A stretch of DNA of 63,987 nt, the filler included, from Pelomyxa schiedti (taxonomy: Eukaryota > Protista > Evosea), in the NCBI GenBank assembly GCA_020536535.1. It is 12 parts of 12 records of this genome, joined end to end, with 100 filler letters (N's around TTAATTAATTAA, not from the genome) between each part and the next. Parts side by side here need not be neighbours in the genome. Positions count along the whole stretch, not along the records: positions 60,910 to 62,018 come from JAHLWZ010002821.1; positions 62,119 to 63,987 come from JAHLWZ010002226.1; 10 more parts are not named here. The stretch is one strand, 5' to 3'. Below are positions 60,810-63,987 of this stretch, piece after piece; position 1 is the stretch's first letter, and each line of letters opens with the position of its first letter. The position numbers and the translations under genes are program-made. Below the pieces are notes generated by a model. That model was not told the DNA's origin. It saw only the letters and a program-made list of their open reading frames with translations, and ran no database searches.

Positions 60810-62118
60810 NNNNNNNNNNNNNNNNNNNNNNNNNNNNNNNNNNNNNNNNNNNNTTAATTAATTAANNNNNNNNNNNNNNNNNNNNNNNNNNNNNNNNNNN
60901 NNNNNNNNNACATCCAGAATAGCACGATAGCCGTGACGTCAGTTAGCACCTGCAACGCAAACGATAACCAGAGTAAATGAAGAATAATAGATACCCAAAG
61001 TTATCCCACTTTATTCCTTAGAAGACCGTCGACTACTACATGTGGTGGAGGTGCTAAACCCAAACTACTACCCCACGAACAGAACCCAAGGAACCGAAAG
61101 CGAAAACGGGCACTACGTACGATCGCAAATTACGACGGGAAAGGCTGATATCGCCCAACGGCCGCGGCGACGGCGGTGGCGACGGCAGCGGACAGGAGAG
61201 CGTAACAGCGAAAGGCAGAGAGGAAACGATGTGCAAGTGGCGATGAAGCGAGGCGCGAGGCCAGACAGAGGCGCCAACTACCCCATTGATCAGGAACCAC
61301 TGCCCCAAGTGGTTAGATAGTGGAACACCTGGCAGAGGTGCGAGCACAACTTGAGTGATTGGACAAGGATCGGGCCGATCTGCTGATGTTCTCAACAGCA
61401 AGAGTGGAGCATGAGGGTACCACAAACACTGCAATGAACACACATTTACCCAATGAGGGAGTACTCCGCACACCGGGAAGTTGTTGCTCACAACCAACCG
61501 GACCCATATCTAGTGCCTGGGTGGCACAGCCTAATACATACTACTTCTACCCCAATAATATACCGATGGGCGGAGCCCCCATCAGGATTAAACGTACAGA
61601 GGAATGTCTTTTGGGTGACTCTCCGCCTAATCTAAATCGTGCAGGAGATTGTCTATTAGGTGACTCCCTGCCTAAACCACTCAACACTAGGGCATTGGAA
61701 GCCCTGACACTTGCCCCCACAGGCAGCACCCAAGGAAATCGTGATGGAAAACAATTCATTACAGGCAACCCCACACACCATACAAGGGAACAAGACCGCT
61801 CATCTGAGGGAGCGAGTAGGAGCAGAGCAAACCCCATGCAGCTCTCAGAGCATAGCACCTGCACACCACAGCAATACGCCCACGCCAGAGGACACCACCG
61901 AGAAGGACCCAACCAATGAGCACAGCAACCACACAGAACTGGAGGCCGAGGAAGGGGAGAAGATGGTCATACTGGGCAAAGTATGTCTGTTTGAGGAAGG
62001 GAAAGTCAGAGCAACCCTNNNNNNNNNNNNNNNNNNNNNNNNNNNNNNNNNNNNNNNNNNNNTTAATTAATTAANNNNNNNNNNNNNNNNNNNNNNNNNN
62101 NNNNNNNNNNNNNNNNNN

Positions 62119-62922
62119 GCTCTCCCTCCCGCTCTCCCTCCTGCCGTCCCACACCATCTCCCCCGGCCCCACCCCGCCGTACGCCAGCACCGCCGCCGCC
62201 GCCGCCGCGCTGAGGGGGCTCGCCCCCCCCAGCTGCTGCGCCGCGCCGGTGCCGCCGGGGAGCAGCGACGCGGACGACGCGGACCACTTGTATGTCACGG
62301 AGTCGCCGCCGCCCGACACGTCGGCGATTGCCCTGATGGGGTGGCTGGAGGACGCGCGGCCGACCGAGAGCACCTGCGGCATCGGCGACGGCGACGCGGG
62401 CTCCCACTCGCCGTGCCACGACGACGTGGACGTGCCCGCGGAGGGAAGCGACGGCGGCGAGGGCGACGTGTCGGACGACGACGAAGATGACGAGGACGAC
62501 GAGGAGGACGAGGAATCGGAGAGGGAGGTGGTGGTGTCGATGTTGATTGGGGTGCCAAAGACCACCTGGGAGCGCGCTGTTTTGGAGAGCGTGGGGTTAC
62601 TGCACCTGGTCTTGCTGTTGTAGTTGGTGAGCTCCTCGCTCAGCCCGCTGCTTCCGCCGTCTATGGAGGCCGCCGCGGGGGGAGTGGGGTGGATCTGGAG
62701 TTGGTGTTGCTGTTGCTCCTGCTGCCGCTGGGGCGGGGAGCGCGACGGCGGGGGTGGGTGGTAGGCGACGGGCACGGGGGCGATGATGGGAGGGGGCGAG
62801 TCCGGCGACGACGGTGGCGATGGCGCCGGGGAGGGCGGCGCCGGGGGCATTATGGCAATTGCCTCGAGAGACGGCCCAACCGCAACCGCCTCATCGCTGG
62901 TGGGACGCGTTACGTCACCCAT
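62119..62922 (-). CDS. Ser/Pro-rich disordered N-terminus of a hypothetical protein, truncated
   Basis: GC-rich open frame from MGDVTRPT to the linker. Confidence 0.55.
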
Positions 62923-62954
62923 CACGCGCCTCTTCGTTGTTGCAACTAATGAAT

Positions 62955-63987
62955 TTACTCTATCTTGATCACGTGACCCGCACAACAGGCAGAGAAGGCG
63001 AACCTGAGGGGAGATGGGAGGCCAGTGCAACACACACCCCTGTCGCAGTCACCGACCCTCACACTCATCGTCCCACCACCAGGGTGTGTCATGTCCACTG
63101 TCACTGTAATCAATGTCCCATCTGGTGTGTTGTACCCGTTCCTGTTGTCACCGATGGGCTGTGCATTCTTCCCGTTGTGCCACGTGTTGTGTTGGAACGT
63201 GTCACCCCTACATCGCAGGTTGAAGCCCCAGAAGCCCTCATTGTCGTAGATGGAGCCTGATGGTGGTGTTGGCTGGTTGGACGTGATTGCGGGGCCAACC
63301 ACCCCGATGCATGGGGTAGTGCAGCCGGTGTACCTTTTGATGAGTGTGATTCGTGCAACAGCCACCGAGCCGGTGGTGACGCACTGTGTTGTCCACACTG
63401 TTGTGGCACTAGCACCAGTTGCAATGTGGTTGTTGTCACTCAGGTTAGTTTGATGGCACGATGAGGGGTCCCACGTGAATGTGCCTGTGTGTGTGTTGGT
63501 TGGTCGGTGGGAGTTGATGGAAAAATGCACACCAGTGATGTTCTGGATCAACTTCCAAGTGGTTGGCATGACCACACCAGCACACAGTGACCCAACCCTG
63601 AAGTCATAGGTATTGTCACCACAGCGAGAGTACTTGATTGGTGGTGATCCAACGGCAGTGACATCACACGATGTCTGTGTTCCACGGCACACTTCATGCC
63701 ATTCTGATTCAGGTGGTGCGTTGTGTGGCTTCCTCTGAACAACGTACCACTGTGGTGGTTGTGTCGGTGGTGAAGGTGGTGACCAGTCCAGCGTGGGGAA
63801 CGTCGTGATGTGAAGGTCACCTGGTGGCTCACCTGTTGTTGTCAGAAAAGGATTATTGAGTGATCGAGAAGCCCAGAAGTGTTGGTTGTTGGTGGTGGGG
63901 GACACACACATTTGAACAACGCAACGTTGGACCATGGGCTGGATGCTGAGGGTCCATTGAGTGCTGCAACCCTGAACTCGACTCCAG
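62955..63987 (-). CDS. FN3-FN3-SPRY/B30.2-like protein, 5' end outside the window
   Basis: FN3 ends VEFRVAALNGPSASSPWSNV and NTYDFRVGS, with LDWSPP..WYVVQ between them. SPRY-like: TWDPSSC..LSDNNHIAT, CIGVV, ITVTVDM..GTMSV, GLPSPLRFAFS. Probable intron near 63836-63905. Confidence 0.72.
   Translation of the reverse strand, partial: WSRVQGCSTQWTLSIQPMVQRCVVQMCVSPTTNNQHFWASRSLNNPFLTTTGEPPGDLHITTFPTLDWSPPSPPTQPPQWYVVQRKPHNAPPESEWHEVCRGTQTSCDVTAVGSPPIKYSRCGDNTYDFRVGSLCAGVVMPTTWKLIQNITGVHFSINSHRPTNTHTGTFTWDPSSCHQTNLSDNNHIATGASATTVWTTQCVTTGSVAVARITLIKRYTGCTTPCIGVVGPAITSNQPTPPSGSIYDNEGFWGFNLRCRGDTFQHNTWHNGKNAQPIGDNRNGYNTPDGTLITVTVDMTHPGGGTMSVRVGDCDRGVCCTGLPSPLRFAFSACCAGHVIKIE

Noticed and set aside
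60910-62018. 186-aa ORF with a duplicated CLLGDS motif, a possible retroelement ORF1
   Set aside because: There is no zinc knuckle, RT or other diagnostic motif, and the contig is too short to judge.

Overview
This is eukaryotic, intron-rich DNA with short GT-AG introns, not prokaryotic. The window joins 12 unrelated contigs or scaffolds through 100-nt N/TTAATTAATTAA/N linkers, so adjacency across linkers means nothing. The gene style (Ser/Thr/Gln-rich low complexity, MORN, F-box and lineage-specific families, an anaerobe-type corrinoid protein) suggests an anaerobic amoebozoan such as a Pelomyxa-like archamoeba; this is inference. Recognisable housekeeping genes are Rab1, TAF12, a BIG/Sec7 ArfGEF, COG4, DDX18/Has1, an RNF5/185-like E3, two NPSN-like Qb-SNAREs and three tRNAs. 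There are also decayed L1/Tx1-like and Gypsy retroelements. The main finding is a ~6.7-kb minus-strand gene (2435-9183). It encodes a bacterial-type VIT-vWA-TPR-DUF2135 protein whose linker carries an R-SNARE coil and a Rab-like GTPase domain in the order G2-G3-G4-G5-G1, a circular permutation different from the YRG and cpRAS types. Other notable points are a catalytically dead PLC fused to a PP2C-like phosphatase, an intron-containing stand-alone B12 corrinoid protein, SNARE paralogs that differ mainly in one SNARE-motif exon, and hairpins and retroelements showing CpG decay. All exon joins were made by eye and domain names come from motif recognition, not database searches.
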